DNA of 64,000 nt from a virus. Taxonomy: Duplodnaviria; Caudoviricetes. Shown here one piece after another: positions 1 through 9,034 of the stretch; the stretch's first letter is position 1, and the number at the start of each line of letters is the position of its first letter. A model generated the notes under the pieces. The model saw only the letters and a list, made by a program, of their open reading frames with translations. It was not told the origin of the DNA and searched no databases. The stretch spans positions 13,534 through 77,533 of the IMG/VR virus record IMGVR_UViG_3300045450_000252; one strand, given 5' to 3'. Both the position numbers and the translations under genes were made by a program.

Positions 1-435
1 GTGCCGGATGACATTCTGCTTAAAAACGGCCGCAAGGCCTTCCGCCTCCAATGCACGCTGGAGAAGGGGGCGGGCACGAGCGACTCGCAAGGGGAAATCG
101 ACGGCATGAGCTTTAAAAACGGCCTCAAGCTGCTCATTCCCGGCAACAAGGCCAACGCCGACGGCTTCGCCCGCTACGCCAAAAACGGCTCGTTCTACCT
201 GCTCTACTTCGAGCTGGACGGCTCGCCCCGCCTGCTGGGCAACCCCGGCTACCCGGCCAAGATGGTGAGCGCGCCCGGCACCACGGGCGAGAAATCGGCC
301 GACCTGAAGGGCCGCACCTTCACTTTCCAGAGCGTGTGGAGCGGCCCGGCCCCGATTTTCGCCGGCCAGGTGATGATTGCCGGGGCCACAGCTAACGACC
401 CGGCTACGGAGCAGGAGTTGGTGTACCTGAAGTAG
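1..435 (+). CDS. Probable major tail (tube) protein, 5' part possibly outside window
   Basis: Similar in pattern and position to 41187-41723 (F-x-P-G-N-K, GxP, G-x-TF motifs); precedes the same downstream genes. Confidence 0.55.
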   Translation: MPDDILLKNGRKAFRLQCTLEKGAGTSDSQGEIDGMSFKNGLKLLIPGNKANADGFARYAKNGSFYLLYFELDGSPRLLGNPGYPAKMVSAPGTTGEKSADLKGRTFTFQSVWSGPAPIFAGQVMIAGATANDPATEQELVYLK

Positions 436-480
436 CTTTGTGGCACTTCGGGTGTTCAGCCCGATGAGATAAATCTAAAA

Positions 481-511
481 AGCCCGCTGGCCTTGCCAGC
501 GGGCTTTTTTT
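481..511 (+). terminator. Intrinsic terminator
   Basis: AGCCCGCTGG/CCAGCGGGCT stem followed by a T-run. Confidence 0.85.
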
Positions 512-512
512 C

Positions 513-547
513 GTCCTTTCGGGGCGGTAATTACCAAGGGAATTTCG
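513..547 (+). promoter_or_regulatory. Phage late-promoter motif with GGTAATTACC palindrome in the spacer
   Basis: GTCCTTT 513-519, 24-nt spacer, TTCG 544-547, ATG at 552. Confidence 0.7.
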
Positions 548-551
548 GGGC

Positions 552-1190
552 ATGACTCCGAAAGAATGGCTCGACGGCGAGCGCAACTATGAGGTAGGGC
601 GACAGCTCTACGAGCAGCTGGGCGACAATGCCCGGCTCAAGCAGGTGCTGGGCCACGGCCCCAGCGCCTACAACCAGGAGGCCCTGGCCTGGGAAATCGA
701 CAAGCTGGCCCGGGACGGGGTGGCGGTCGCCGTTGCCCTGGTCGTGCCGGTGCCGGTCGTAGTGGCCAGCGCCCCGGAAGCGACGCCGAGCGAGCCCGCG
801 CCCGAAAACCCGCTACTGGCGGAGCTGCGCGAGGCCCGCCGCCCGCTCTACGATGAGCGCACCCACCTGCACGCGCAGCTGGAGGTGCTGGCCGAGCACG
901 GCAGCCAGGACGACGTGCATCAGGCCGCCCTGCGCATCATGGGCCTGAGCCGCGAGCTGGAGGTCAGCAAGCAAACTGAGGCCTACGTGGCTGAGCATGG
1001 CCAGCTGCCCCCGCCGCCGGTCGCCGCGCCCGGTCTCGACGCGCTGAGCCCGGTGGACTTGCTCAAAAAGCGCAATAGCCTGCGCAGCCAGGTGAGCCGG
1101 CTCAAAAAGCGTGAAGACCGCGCCGCCGACCTGGTGCAGGCCCAAACCGATTTGAGCGTGGTGGAGGAGGCGCTGTTGGGCCATGAGTAA
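552..1190 (+). CDS. Conserved phage hypothetical protein
   Basis: Homolog of 42026-42643; sits upstream of the terminase genes. Confidence 0.75.
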   Translation: MTPKEWLDGERNYEVGRQLYEQLGDNARLKQVLGHGPSAYNQEALAWEIDKLARDGVAVAVALVVPVPVVVASAPEATPSEPAPENPLLAELREARRPLYDERTHLHAQLEVLAEHGSQDDVHQAALRIMGLSRELEVSKQTEAYVAEHGQLPPPPVAAPGLDALSPVDLLKKRNSLRSQVSRLKKREDRAADLVQAQTDLSVVEEALLGHE

Positions 1191-1821
1191 GAAAGCCACC
1201 AACCTGCCGGCCGTCGTGCCCACCGAGCTCAAAACGACCTTCGACCGCATCTACTACTCCTATTTGAGCGAGGAGGTGGAGGCGCTGCTCACGCCTGACG
1301 AGCTGGAGCGGCGCGTGCGCATTGATGAGGCCTGGCACCACATGGTCACGCTCAAATCGCCGCTGGCCACGGCCGAGTGGGTGCAGGGCAAGTTCGACGT
1401 GGCGCGCGCGACGGCCTACCGCATCGTGCGCGAGGCGCTGCAAATCTTCGGCGACGTGGTGGAAACCAGCAAGGCCGCCAAGCGCCGTCTGCTGTGGGAG
1501 TATTCGCTCAAAGGGCTGGACAAGGCGCTGGAAATCGAGGATATGCGCGCCTACGCCGCCATTCTCAAGAACATGACCACGTTCGAGGGCCTCAACCTCG
1601 AAGACAACACCTTCGACGGCGAAGCCATCCAGGCACACACCTACCTCATCCAAATCGACGGCCCTGGGGGCGGCCTGCGCTTCAATGCCAACGCTATCGA
1701 GGAGTTGACGCCTGACCAATACGAAGTGGTGCTCGACAGCGTGGAGGATATGACTACCAGCGTGGAGCAGATGGAGAAAATGCTCGACCGGGCCGAAAAG
1801 AAAGGAAAAAAGCAGTCGTGA
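1183..1821 (+). CDS. Probable terminase small subunit (HTH)
   Basis: HTH-like segment WVQGKFDVARATAYRIV; overlaps the TerL start; homolog of 42640-43311. Confidence 0.6.
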   Translation: MSKKATNLPAVVPTELKTTFDRIYYSYLSEEVEALLTPDELERRVRIDEAWHHMVTLKSPLATAEWVQGKFDVARATAYRIVREALQIFGDVVETSKAAKRRLLWEYSLKGLDKALEIEDMRAYAAILKNMTTFEGLNLEDNTFDGEAIQAHTYLIQIDGPGGGLRFNANAIEELTPDQYEVVLDSVEDMTTSVEQMEKMLDRAEKKGKKQS

Positions 1822-3479
1822 GCGCCCAGAACGTAAAAACGAAACCGCTGCACTTCAACCGGCCCCAGATGCGGTTTTTGGTCACGCTGATGATGTCGGC
1901 CGTGAGCATCTGGGGCCGGGCCACGGGTAAGTCGTCGCTCATTGCCTGGCTGATGCACCTGATAGTGCAGAACCTGCCCCGCAGCGCCTGGGCGCTGTGC
2001 GGGCAGACCTATCAGCAAATCCTGACCCGCACGCTGCCCTCGACGATTGCCTCGCTCGAGCGCATCGGCTACTTCCAGGACGTGCACTACGTCATCGGGG
2101 TAAAGCCGCCCAAGCACTTTGCCCGGCCCTTCGAGCCGCCGCAGACCTGGGGGCATACCATCTGCTTTGCCAATGGCACGGCCTTTCACCTGATTTCGCT
2201 CGACGGGGGCGGAGGCAGCGCCCGCGGCCTGAACCTGGACGGGGTGCTGGCCGACGAGTCGCTCACGCTCAACCGCGAGAAGTTCGACGACGAGGTGCTG
2301 CCCGCCAACCGGGGCAATGAGCGCCAGGCCTGGAGCGGGCACCGCCTGCACCACGGCGTATTTCACTTCACGTCCATGCCCTACGGCAACCAGGGCAAGT
2401 GGCTGCTGGAGGGCAGCAAGCACTACCAGGAAAACGGGAAGGACTACGAGGCGCTCAGCCGCGAGCTCGTGCGCCTCCAGCTGCGCTACATCGACAACAA
2501 GGACCGCGAAACCCGGCGGGCCGTGTGGGAGGATATCCAGCAGCTTACGCGCCAGCTGCGCTACTACGTCGATGGCGATGGCCAGCTCTATAGCGAGGCC
2601 AACGTGTTCGAGAACCTCACCAACGTCGGTATCCGCTACCTGGAGCAGCTGCGCCGCCTGCTCACCGACTTCACCTTCCGGGTGGAGGTGCTCAACCAGC
2701 GCCCTCTGGCCGTGGAGGCGGGCTTTTATCCCACGCTCGACACGGCCAAGCACAGTTACGAGGCCTTCAACTACAGCCACCTGGAGGGCGAGAACTTCAG
2801 CGCGGCCCGGCTGAAGCGCCTGAGCGAGTTTCCCGATAGTCGGCAGGATGCCGATTGCGACGCCACGCTGCCCCTGCGCATCGCGGCCGACTGGGGCAAG
2901 GCCTCGTTCATTACCGTGGCCCAGGTGCACGCCAAGGTGCGGGAGTATCGCTTCCTCAAGGGCTTCTACGTCAAGCACCCGCAGCTCATTCGCCACCTGG
3001 CCAAGCTCTTCACCGACTACTACGCCCACCACCTGATTAAGCGCGTCGTCTTTATCGAGGATGCTGAGTATGGCAACAGCCGCAACCCCAACAGCGAGGA
3101 AACCTACAACCAGGAGTTCTGCCGCCTGCTGCGCGAGGCGGGCTGGAAGGTGGAAGTGAAGAAGCTCGGCCGCGTGCCGGGCTACCGCACGCGCTACCTG
3201 CTGGCCCACGAGCTGCTGGCCGAGCTCGACTCCGCCCAGCCCCGCCTGCGCTTCAACAAGTACCACTGCAAGGAGGTGCTGCTGGCCATGCAGATGACCG
3301 AAATCCGGCAGGGCAAGAATGGTATTGAGAAGAACAAGACCAGCGAGAAACTCAAGAGCGTGCCGGCCGAGGAGGCCCCGCACTTCACCGATACCTTCGA
3401 CCTACACCTGCTCAGCATCGACGACACGCTCATCAAGCCCACGGCCGACTTCAGCGGCTTCGTGATGCTCACGAGCTGA
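1818..3479 (+). CDS. terL: Terminase large subunit
   Basis: Walker A WGRATGKS, Walker B VLADES, C-terminal nuclease with AADWG and late acidic residues. Confidence 0.88.
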   Translation: MSAQNVKTKPLHFNRPQMRFLVTLMMSAVSIWGRATGKSSLIAWLMHLIVQNLPRSAWALCGQTYQQILTRTLPSTIASLERIGYFQDVHYVIGVKPPKHFARPFEPPQTWGHTICFANGTAFHLISLDGGGGSARGLNLDGVLADESLTLNREKFDDEVLPANRGNERQAWSGHRLHHGVFHFTSMPYGNQGKWLLEGSKHYQENGKDYEALSRELVRLQLRYIDNKDRETRRAVWEDIQQLTRQLRYYVDGDGQLYSEANVFENLTNVGIRYLEQLRRLLTDFTFRVEVLNQRPLAVEAGFYPTLDTAKHSYEAFNYSHLEGENFSAARLKRLSEFPDSRQDADCDATLPLRIAADWGKASFITVAQVHAKVREYRFLKGFYVKHPQLIRHLAKLFTDYYAHHLIKRVVFIEDAEYGNSRNPNSEETYNQEFCRLLREAGWKVEVKKLGRVPGYRTRYLLAHELLAELDSAQPRLRFNKYHCKEVLLAMQMTEIRQGKNGIEKNKTSEKLKSVPAEEAPHFTDTFDLHLLSIDDTLIKPTADFSGFVMLTS

Positions 3480-3500
3480 GCACACGTGGTAATTACCACG

Positions 3501-3535
3501 AAAACCCCGTTTGCAGCCTGCAAACGGGGTTTTTT
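3501..3535 (+). terminator. Intrinsic terminator after terL
   Basis: AAAACCCCGTTTGCAG/CTGCAAACGGGGTTTT stem followed by a T-run. Confidence 0.85.
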
Positions 3536-3555
3536 GTTGCCCGGAGCCCAGTCAT

Positions 3556-3701
3556 ATATCCCCTTTTTGCCCCCGGTAATTACCGCAACAGGTTAGCGCA
3601 AGCTGGGGTCATTTCCGGCGCGATGAGACGAAAAAACCGAAAAAACGGGCAAAATCTGCGTTTCCAGCGCGCTGGGGCACTTTGCCGTGAGACTGGCTTT
3701 T
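3556..3701. other. Conserved non-coding block, candidate cos/pac packaging site
   Basis: Aligns with 45825-45974 while the flanks do not. Confidence 0.45.
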
Positions 3702-3749
3702 CGAGGCCCGCCGCAGGAGTCCTGATAGGGTAGTTGTCGGCTTTTTTGT

Positions 3750-3784
3750 GTCCTTTCGCTGGCCGGCCGCGGCGGGGAATTTCG
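3750..3784 (+). promoter_or_regulatory. Phage late-promoter motif
   Basis: GTCCTTT-N24-TTCG; ATG at 3792. Confidence 0.7.
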
Positions 3785-3791
3785 TGGCACC

Positions 3792-4136
3792 ATGGACCCA
3801 AAACCTACCATTCCCCTGAAGGCCGTGCTGGCCGCGATGGCGGCCGCCGTCGAGCCCTTCGACCTGCGCTACGTCAAGCTCAACGAGCAGAAAGGTACCG
3901 GTGGCGAGGTAGTGCCGCTGACCGGGCAACTGCTCAGCGGCAAGGGCGCGGGCCAGCAGCTGGCCCCGGCCCAGCCCGCCGCCCCGGCCGAGGAGTCGGC
4001 TCCGGCCGCCGGCCGTCGCGACCCCCACCACCACGCCAACATGACGCGCAACCTGAAGAGCACCCTCAACGGCCGCTACACCAAGGTGCACATCTATCTC
4101 ATCACCGAATTCAACGGTAAAAAGGTCATTATCTGA
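3792..4136 (+). CDS. Conserved phage hypothetical protein before portal
   Basis: Homolog of 46049-46435 (GTGGE, TRNL, KxHxYL). Confidence 0.8.
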   Translation: MDPKPTIPLKAVLAAMAAAVEPFDLRYVKLNEQKGTGGEVVPLTGQLLSGKGAGQQLAPAQPAAPAEESAPAAGRRDPHHHANMTRNLKSTLNGRYTKVHIYLITEFNGKKVII

Positions 4137-5467
4137 TGTCTGTTCACGTTACCCCCGACCTCTCCTTTGGCTACGTGGACGGTCTCGGCGCGCTCGTGCG
4201 CACCGGTGCCGGCAGCCAGGGCGCGCCCGGCGCTGCTGCCGCCGTCTCGCTCACCAAGCAGAGCAGCGGCAGCAGCGACGTGGCTTTCTGGGGGCCGGAT
4301 AACGGCTTTCCGCAACAGGTAGTGGCCGATGCCGAGGCCAACACGTCGCTGGCCACCATGCTCAACTGGAAAGCCAAGGCCTGGTACGGCGGCGGCCTCT
4401 GCTACGGCCTGGTGAGCTACGACGAGGCCGGCGAGGAAGTCTTCAAGCAGGTGCGCCTGCCGCAGGTCGAGGAGTTCAGCCGCCGCTCCAACCTGGCCCG
4501 CTACGCGATGGAGGCCCTCATCGACATCAGCTGGTTCGGCCAGGCCTTCCCGGAGCTGATTCTGACCCGCAACCGCCAGGAAATCTACTCGGTGTCGGCC
4601 CTCGATACCACCTGGTGCCGCTACGCCAAGGCCAAACGGCCGCAAGACCTGATGAAGCAGGTGTACTACAACGCCAACTGGACGACTGGCGGCCGCTTCG
4701 ACGACGAGTACTGCACCCGCCTACCGGTGCTCGACCCCTACTATGACGCCGTGGCCGGCCTGAAGGCCCGCACCGACGGCTTCAGCTACGTCTACCCCAT
4801 AGCTTTTCCCTCGCCGGACAAATCGGAATACCAGCTCGCCAGCTGGAATACCGTGCGCCGGTCGGGCTGGCTCGACATCGGCCGGGCGGTGGTCGAGTTC
4901 AAGAAGATGCTGCTCAAAAACATCCTCAACATCGAGTGGATGATTGAGATAAACCCGGCCTACTGGCACTGGAAATACAAGGATTGGGACGAGAAAACCG
5001 ACGACGAGCGGCGCACGCTCATGGCGGCCGAGTTGAAGAATTTTGGCGACGTGATGACGGGAAGTAACGGGGCCGGCAAGTCCCTGATGACCACTACCGT
5101 CAAGGATAGCGCGGGCAACGACGTGGCCGCCTTCAAGGTCACGGCGCTCGACAAAAAAATGAAGGAGGGCCTCTTCAACGAGGACTCGCAGGAGTCAGCC
5201 AGCCACGTGTTCACCGCCGGCGGCGTGGCCCCCACGCTGATGGGCATCCAGCCGGGCAAAAACATGGGGGCCGGCAGTGGGAGCGACGCCCGGGTGGCCT
5301 TCAACAACTTCATCAGCACGAGCACTTTCGAGCAGCACCTGGTGCTGGAGGTGCTGCACTTCATCCGCGACTACAACGGCTGGCCCGAAAACCTGGAGTT
5401 CCGCTTCAAACAGCCCCTCATCATGACCCTGGACAAGGGCAAGCAAACTCAACAGCAGACCTCCTGA
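4136..5467 (+). CDS. Portal protein
   Basis: 443 aa after terL; WGPDNxFPQ and GSGSDxRVAF motifs; homolog of 46439-47806. Confidence 0.75.
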   Translation: MSVHVTPDLSFGYVDGLGALVRTGAGSQGAPGAAAAVSLTKQSSGSSDVAFWGPDNGFPQQVVADAEANTSLATMLNWKAKAWYGGGLCYGLVSYDEAGEEVFKQVRLPQVEEFSRRSNLARYAMEALIDISWFGQAFPELILTRNRQEIYSVSALDTTWCRYAKAKRPQDLMKQVYYNANWTTGGRFDDEYCTRLPVLDPYYDAVAGLKARTDGFSYVYPIAFPSPDKSEYQLASWNTVRRSGWLDIGRAVVEFKKMLLKNILNIEWMIEINPAYWHWKYKDWDEKTDDERRTLMAAELKNFGDVMTGSNGAGKSLMTTTVKDSAGNDVAAFKVTALDKKMKEGLFNEDSQESASHVFTAGGVAPTLMGIQPGKNMGAGSGSDARVAFNNFISTSTFEQHLVLEVLHFIRDYNGWPENLEFRFKQPLIMTLDKGKQTQQQTS

Positions 5468-5472
5468 GTCCT

Positions 5473-6471
5473 ATGGCCACTCTCCTTATCGCCAATATCG
5501 ACGAGTTCAAGCAGCACGTCGCCCTCAACGCCTCGACCGACGAGGATTACTTCGCCCTGCTCCAGCCCGACCTGCTGCTGGCCGAGCACGACCACCTGCG
5601 CCCCGCCCTGGGCGAGGACTTCTTCGACGAGCTGCTCGCCGCCGCCTCGGCCGAGGCCACCGAGCTGCGCCGGCTGCTGGCCTTCTCGCTGGCCAACCTC
5701 ACGATGGTGTCGTTTCTGGACGTGGCCCAGGTGCAAATCAGTGGGAGCGGGGTGCAGATTATCAGCACCGACCACGAGAAAACGGCCTTCCAGTGGCAGA
5801 TAAACGCCCTCAAGGCCAACCTGAGCCGCAAGGGCTTCAACGGGTTGGAAAAGGCGCTGGCCTACCTGGAGCGGCACGCAGCCGACTTCCCCACCTGGGC
5901 CAGCTCCGAAACCGCCCAGCGCGCCCGGGGGCAGTTTATCGCCACGGCCAGCGAGTTCTCGACCTACTACAACATCAGCAACGCCCGCCTCACCTTCCAG
6001 GCCCTGGCCTCGCTGCTGCCCAAAACCGAGAGCTTCCGGCTGGCCCCCGCCCTGGGCGCTGACTTCTTCGAGGAGCTGAAGCAGCAGCTGCGTACCGCCA
6101 CGCTCACGCCCGAAAACGAGCAGCTCGTCACCGGTTACCTGCGCCCGGCGCTGGCCCACCTCACGATGGCGCAGGCCATCGGCGAGCTGGGTTTCAGCCT
6201 CAACGGCCAGAACCTGGAGCTCAACGTCTACCGCTTCGACGACAGCAACAGCAAGGAGTCCGACCCGGGCCTGACGCAGCTGCTCGACATGAAGGCTGGC
6301 CAGGCCCTGCACGATGGCGAGCGCTACCTGCGCCGCCTCGTCACGCACCTCAACGCCACGGCATCCGCCACCCGCTACGCCACCTACTTCGCCAGCCCCA
6401 CCTACGCCGCGCCGGCTGTGCCCAACTATCACACCACGAGCGCTTCCGCGCCACTTTTTCTAGGTTTTTAA
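5473..6471 (+). CDS. DUF6712-like protein, probable head-tail adaptor
   Basis: Follows portal; internal two-fold repeat (PALGxDFFxEL); homolog of 47806-48831. Confidence 0.6.
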   Translation: MATLLIANIDEFKQHVALNASTDEDYFALLQPDLLLAEHDHLRPALGEDFFDELLAAASAEATELRRLLAFSLANLTMVSFLDVAQVQISGSGVQIISTDHEKTAFQWQINALKANLSRKGFNGLEKALAYLERHAADFPTWASSETAQRARGQFIATASEFSTYYNISNARLTFQALASLLPKTESFRLAPALGADFFEELKQQLRTATLTPENEQLVTGYLRPALAHLTMAQAIGELGFSLNGQNLELNVYRFDDSNSKESDPGLTQLLDMKAGQALHDGERYLRRLVTHLNATASATRYATYFASPTYAAPAVPNYHTTSASAPLFLGF

Positions 6472-6472
6472 G

Positions 6473-6820
6473 ATGGCTGAGAATACAACCGATAAAATCG
6501 AAATCAGCCAGCAGCAGACCCGTAACTGGATACTCGTGGGCGTGGTGGCCTTCCTCATGCTGCTCGTGCAGGGCCTCTACACCTTCGCCATCAACAGCAC
6601 CGGCACCGAGCTGCGCGAAACTAACCGCAGCCTCGTCGAACTGCTGAGCACGGTAAAGGTGCACCAGGCCCAGCTGGACTATCAGCGCTCCGAAATCGCC
6701 GAGCTCAAGCAGGCCCGCAAGGATGCCGAGGCCACGCACAAGCTCCTCGACACCCGCCTTAACTCAGTCGAGCAGCGCGCCGCCCTGCACGACCAATGGA
6801 TTCAAGCCCACAACCACTAA
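6473..6820 (+). CDS. Membrane protein, N-terminal TM plus coiled coil (holin/antiholin-like)
   Basis: One hydrophobic helix then a heptad-rich region; first gene of the lysis cassette. Confidence 0.6.
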   Translation: MAENTTDKIEISQQQTRNWILVGVVAFLMLLVQGLYTFAINSTGTELRETNRSLVELLSTVKVHQAQLDYQRSEIAELKQARKDAEATHKLLDTRLNSVEQRAALHDQWIQAHNH

Positions 6821-6839
6821 CCTTTTTTCAATCCCCTCC

Positions 6840-7247
6840 ATGCGCGCCTTCCTGCACGACCGCAACCCCCAAAATCTGGCCTGGCCCCAGCTGCTCTACG
6901 GCTGGCTGCTTCGCCACAACGAGCTACACCTGGCGGCGCTGCTCATGCTGCTGTGGTACCCCATCCAGCTGGCCTTTGCGTGGTACTTCCCCGACGCGGC
7001 CCCACTGAGCTCGACCCAGCTGCACAAGGTGCTGCTCACGGCCCTGGTCTTCGCCTTCGCCCACGGCTACCTCTGGCTGGGCCTGCGCTTCAACCTGCCC
7101 ATCATCCCGCGCTGGCTGAAAAAGAACTTTACCACCACCTTCTTATCCCTTACCCCGTGGCAAAAAATGCAGTTTTTCGCGTTCTTGTGGTCGGCCTATT
7201 TGCTCTGCTTTGCCATCATGTGGCATGGAGCGAGCCAGGCCGCCTAG
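6840..7247 (+). CDS. Probable holin, 135 aa multi-TM
   Basis: Several hydrophobic helices, directly upstream of the endolysin; ATG at 6840; 128/135 identical to 49142-49549. Confidence 0.7.
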   Translation: MRAFLHDRNPQNLAWPQLLYGWLLRHNELHLAALLMLLWYPIQLAFAWYFPDAAPLSSTQLHKVLLTALVFAFAHGYLWLGLRFNLPIIPRWLKKNFTTTFLSLTPWQKMQFFAFLWSAYLLCFAIMWHGASQAA

Positions 7248-7738
7248 CGCCCGCGCCGCCCTCACCGGCTGTCCGCCAGGCCAACGCCCGGCGCATCCTC
7301 GACTGGGAGCGCTCGCAGCTGCCCGTACGCGAGCACGGCTACAATCGCGGCCCCGAGGTCGAGAGCTACCAGCGCACCACCGGCAACGCGCCGGGCAGCG
7401 AGTGGTGCGGCTCGTTCCAAGCCACGGCCAACGCCCGCTGTGGGCTGCCTTTCCCTACGGCGGCCGGCGGCGCACGCTACTGGTTTCTGCTCACGAGCCC
7501 GCGCACCCTGTTTTTCCTGGGCGTGGTGGGCAGCGTGGAAGCCATCGAGCCCGGCGATAGGGTAGGGTTCTGGAGCCCCAGCGCCCGGCGCATCGGCCAC
7601 ATCGGTATCGTCGAGGCGAAGACCCGGCACGGCTTCACCACCATCGAAGGCAACACCGGCCGCCAGGCCAACGCCGGCGTGCACCGCCTCAGCCGGGGCC
7701 GGGGCGAAATCCACGCTGCTTCCAACTGGAGCTACTGA
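7157..7738 (+). CDS. CHAP-domain endolysin with N-terminal signal/SAR-like helix
   Basis: EWCGSF, GHIGIV and TIEGNT CHAP motifs; GTG start at 7157 matches the 49459 copy. Confidence 0.82.
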   Translation: MAKNAVFRVLVVGLFALLCHHVAWSEPGRLAPAPPSPAVRQANARRILDWERSQLPVREHGYNRGPEVESYQRTTGNAPGSEWCGSFQATANARCGLPFPTAAGGARYWFLLTSPRTLFFLGVVGSVEAIEPGDRVGFWSPSARRIGHIGIVEAKTRHGFTTIEGNTGRQANAGVHRLSRGRGEIHAASNWSY

Positions 7739-7740
7739 CC

Positions 7741-8109
7741 ATGAAAAACCGCTACCTCTTTGCCCTGCTCCTTGTGGCCAGCAGCTGCGAAACCACCCAG
7801 TACATTCCCGCCGCCGTCGATGCCAAGGTGGACTCGACCCTGCGCGCCGCCGGCATCGGCCCGCTCCAGGCCGGCAAAATCAAGATTGCCGGCAACGTCA
7901 TTATAAATACCGGCCCGGGCGAGGTGCAGGTGGCCGACAACCGCAAGGCCGGCCAGAAGCAGGGCAGCGCCGCCACCGGCCCGGCCAGCCAGGCCGCGAC
8001 CACGGCCAGGAACACGGGCCAACCGTGGCTGGCCTTTGCCGTGGTGGCCGTAGTAGGCCTGGCTGCCGGAGCCTGGCTGCGCGGCCAGCTGCCCCGCCTG
8101 CCGTTTTAA
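7741..8109 (+). CDS. Probable unimolecular spanin
   Basis: Lipobox ASSC, beta-rich middle, C-terminal TM helix; last gene of the lysis cassette. Confidence 0.65.
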   Translation: MKNRYLFALLLVASSCETTQYIPAAVDAKVDSTLRAAGIGPLQAGKIKIAGNVIINTGPGEVQVADNRKAGQKQGSAATGPASQAATTARNTGQPWLAFAVVAVVGLAAGAWLRGQLPRLPF

Positions 8110-8132
8110 CCGCCAGTAGACGCTAACCACCC

Positions 8133-8199
8133 AGCCCGCCGGCCCTGCCGGCGGGCTTTTTTCTGTCCTTTCAGACCGGTAATTACCAGGGGAATTTCG
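8133..8199 (+). promoter_or_regulatory. Terminator followed by late-promoter motif with GGTAATTACC in the spacer
   Basis: Hairpin plus T-run 8133-8162; GTCCTTT 8165-8171, N24, TTCG 8196-8199. Confidence 0.7.
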
Positions 8200-8220
8200 G
8201 GGCAAATCACCCTATTCCCC

Positions 8221-9021
8221 ATGCTCGACGCGCAATTTGGCCGGTATCGCCGCCGGCTGGCCACCACCTGGAACGAGCTCACCGGCGCGCAGCTGCTGGC
8301 CGTGGTGGCCCTGCGCCAGCGCCCGCCCGCCCAGCCGGCGGCGCTGGCCGATGCCCTGCTGGCCATCCTGCTCGACCTGCCCGCCCGGTCCTTCGCCCGC
8401 CTCACCGTGGTGCAGCGCGTGGAGCTGCGCCCCCGCGTCCGGTTCCTGGCCACCACCGCCCCGGCGCTCACGGCCCAGCTGCTGCCCGAGCTCACGCTGC
8501 CCTTCCTGCGCTTCATCGAGGAGCCCCAGCGCTTCTACGGCCCCCGCGAAGCCTTCCGCAACCTGCGCTTCGACGAGTTCATCTTCGCCGATACCTACTA
8601 CCTGCGCTACCTCCAGACCCAGCAAGCCAGCTGGCTCGACCAGCTCGTGGCCGTGCTCTACCGCCCCGAGCGCCGGCCCTACCGCCCCCGGGCCGTGGAC
8701 TACGCCGGCGACCGGCGCGAGGACTTCAACGAGCACCTCGTGGCCGCCCGGGCCGCCCGGCTGGCCCACCTGCCACTGGCCACCAAGCTCGCCGTGCTGC
8801 TCTACTACCAGGCCTGCCGCCGGCTGCTCGAGCAGCGCTACCCCTACGTCTTCAGCGACGACACCACCCAGCAGGCCGGCACCGGCGGCTGGCAGGAGGT
8901 GCTGCACGAGCTGGCCGGCGGCGTGGTGCACCTCGAAGACACCGCCCACCAGGCGCTGCACAACGTGCTGCGCGAAATGAACCGCGTGCTGCGCCAGCAC
9001 GCCGAACGTCAACCCGCCTGA
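8221..9021 (+). CDS. Tail-region hypothetical protein (chaperone-like)
   Basis: Homolog of 51668-52483 (TWxEL, FxEFIFADT, LYRP). Confidence 0.7.
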   Translation: MLDAQFGRYRRRLATTWNELTGAQLLAVVALRQRPPAQPAALADALLAILLDLPARSFARLTVVQRVELRPRVRFLATTAPALTAQLLPELTLPFLRFIEEPQRFYGPREAFRNLRFDEFIFADTYYLRYLQTQQASWLDQLVAVLYRPERRPYRPRAVDYAGDRREDFNEHLVAARAARLAHLPLATKLAVLLYYQACRRLLEQRYPYVFSDDTTQQAGTGGWQEVLHELAGGVVHLEDTAHQALHNVLREMNRVLRQHAERQPA

Positions 9022-9034
9022 TTTCTGCTTACTT

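Noticed and set aside
404-8205. Similar minus-strand peptides MPRNSxGNYRxERTxKSP (404-586 and 7732-8205)
   Set aside because: A by-product of the repeated terminator-promoter-operator DNA, not a protein family
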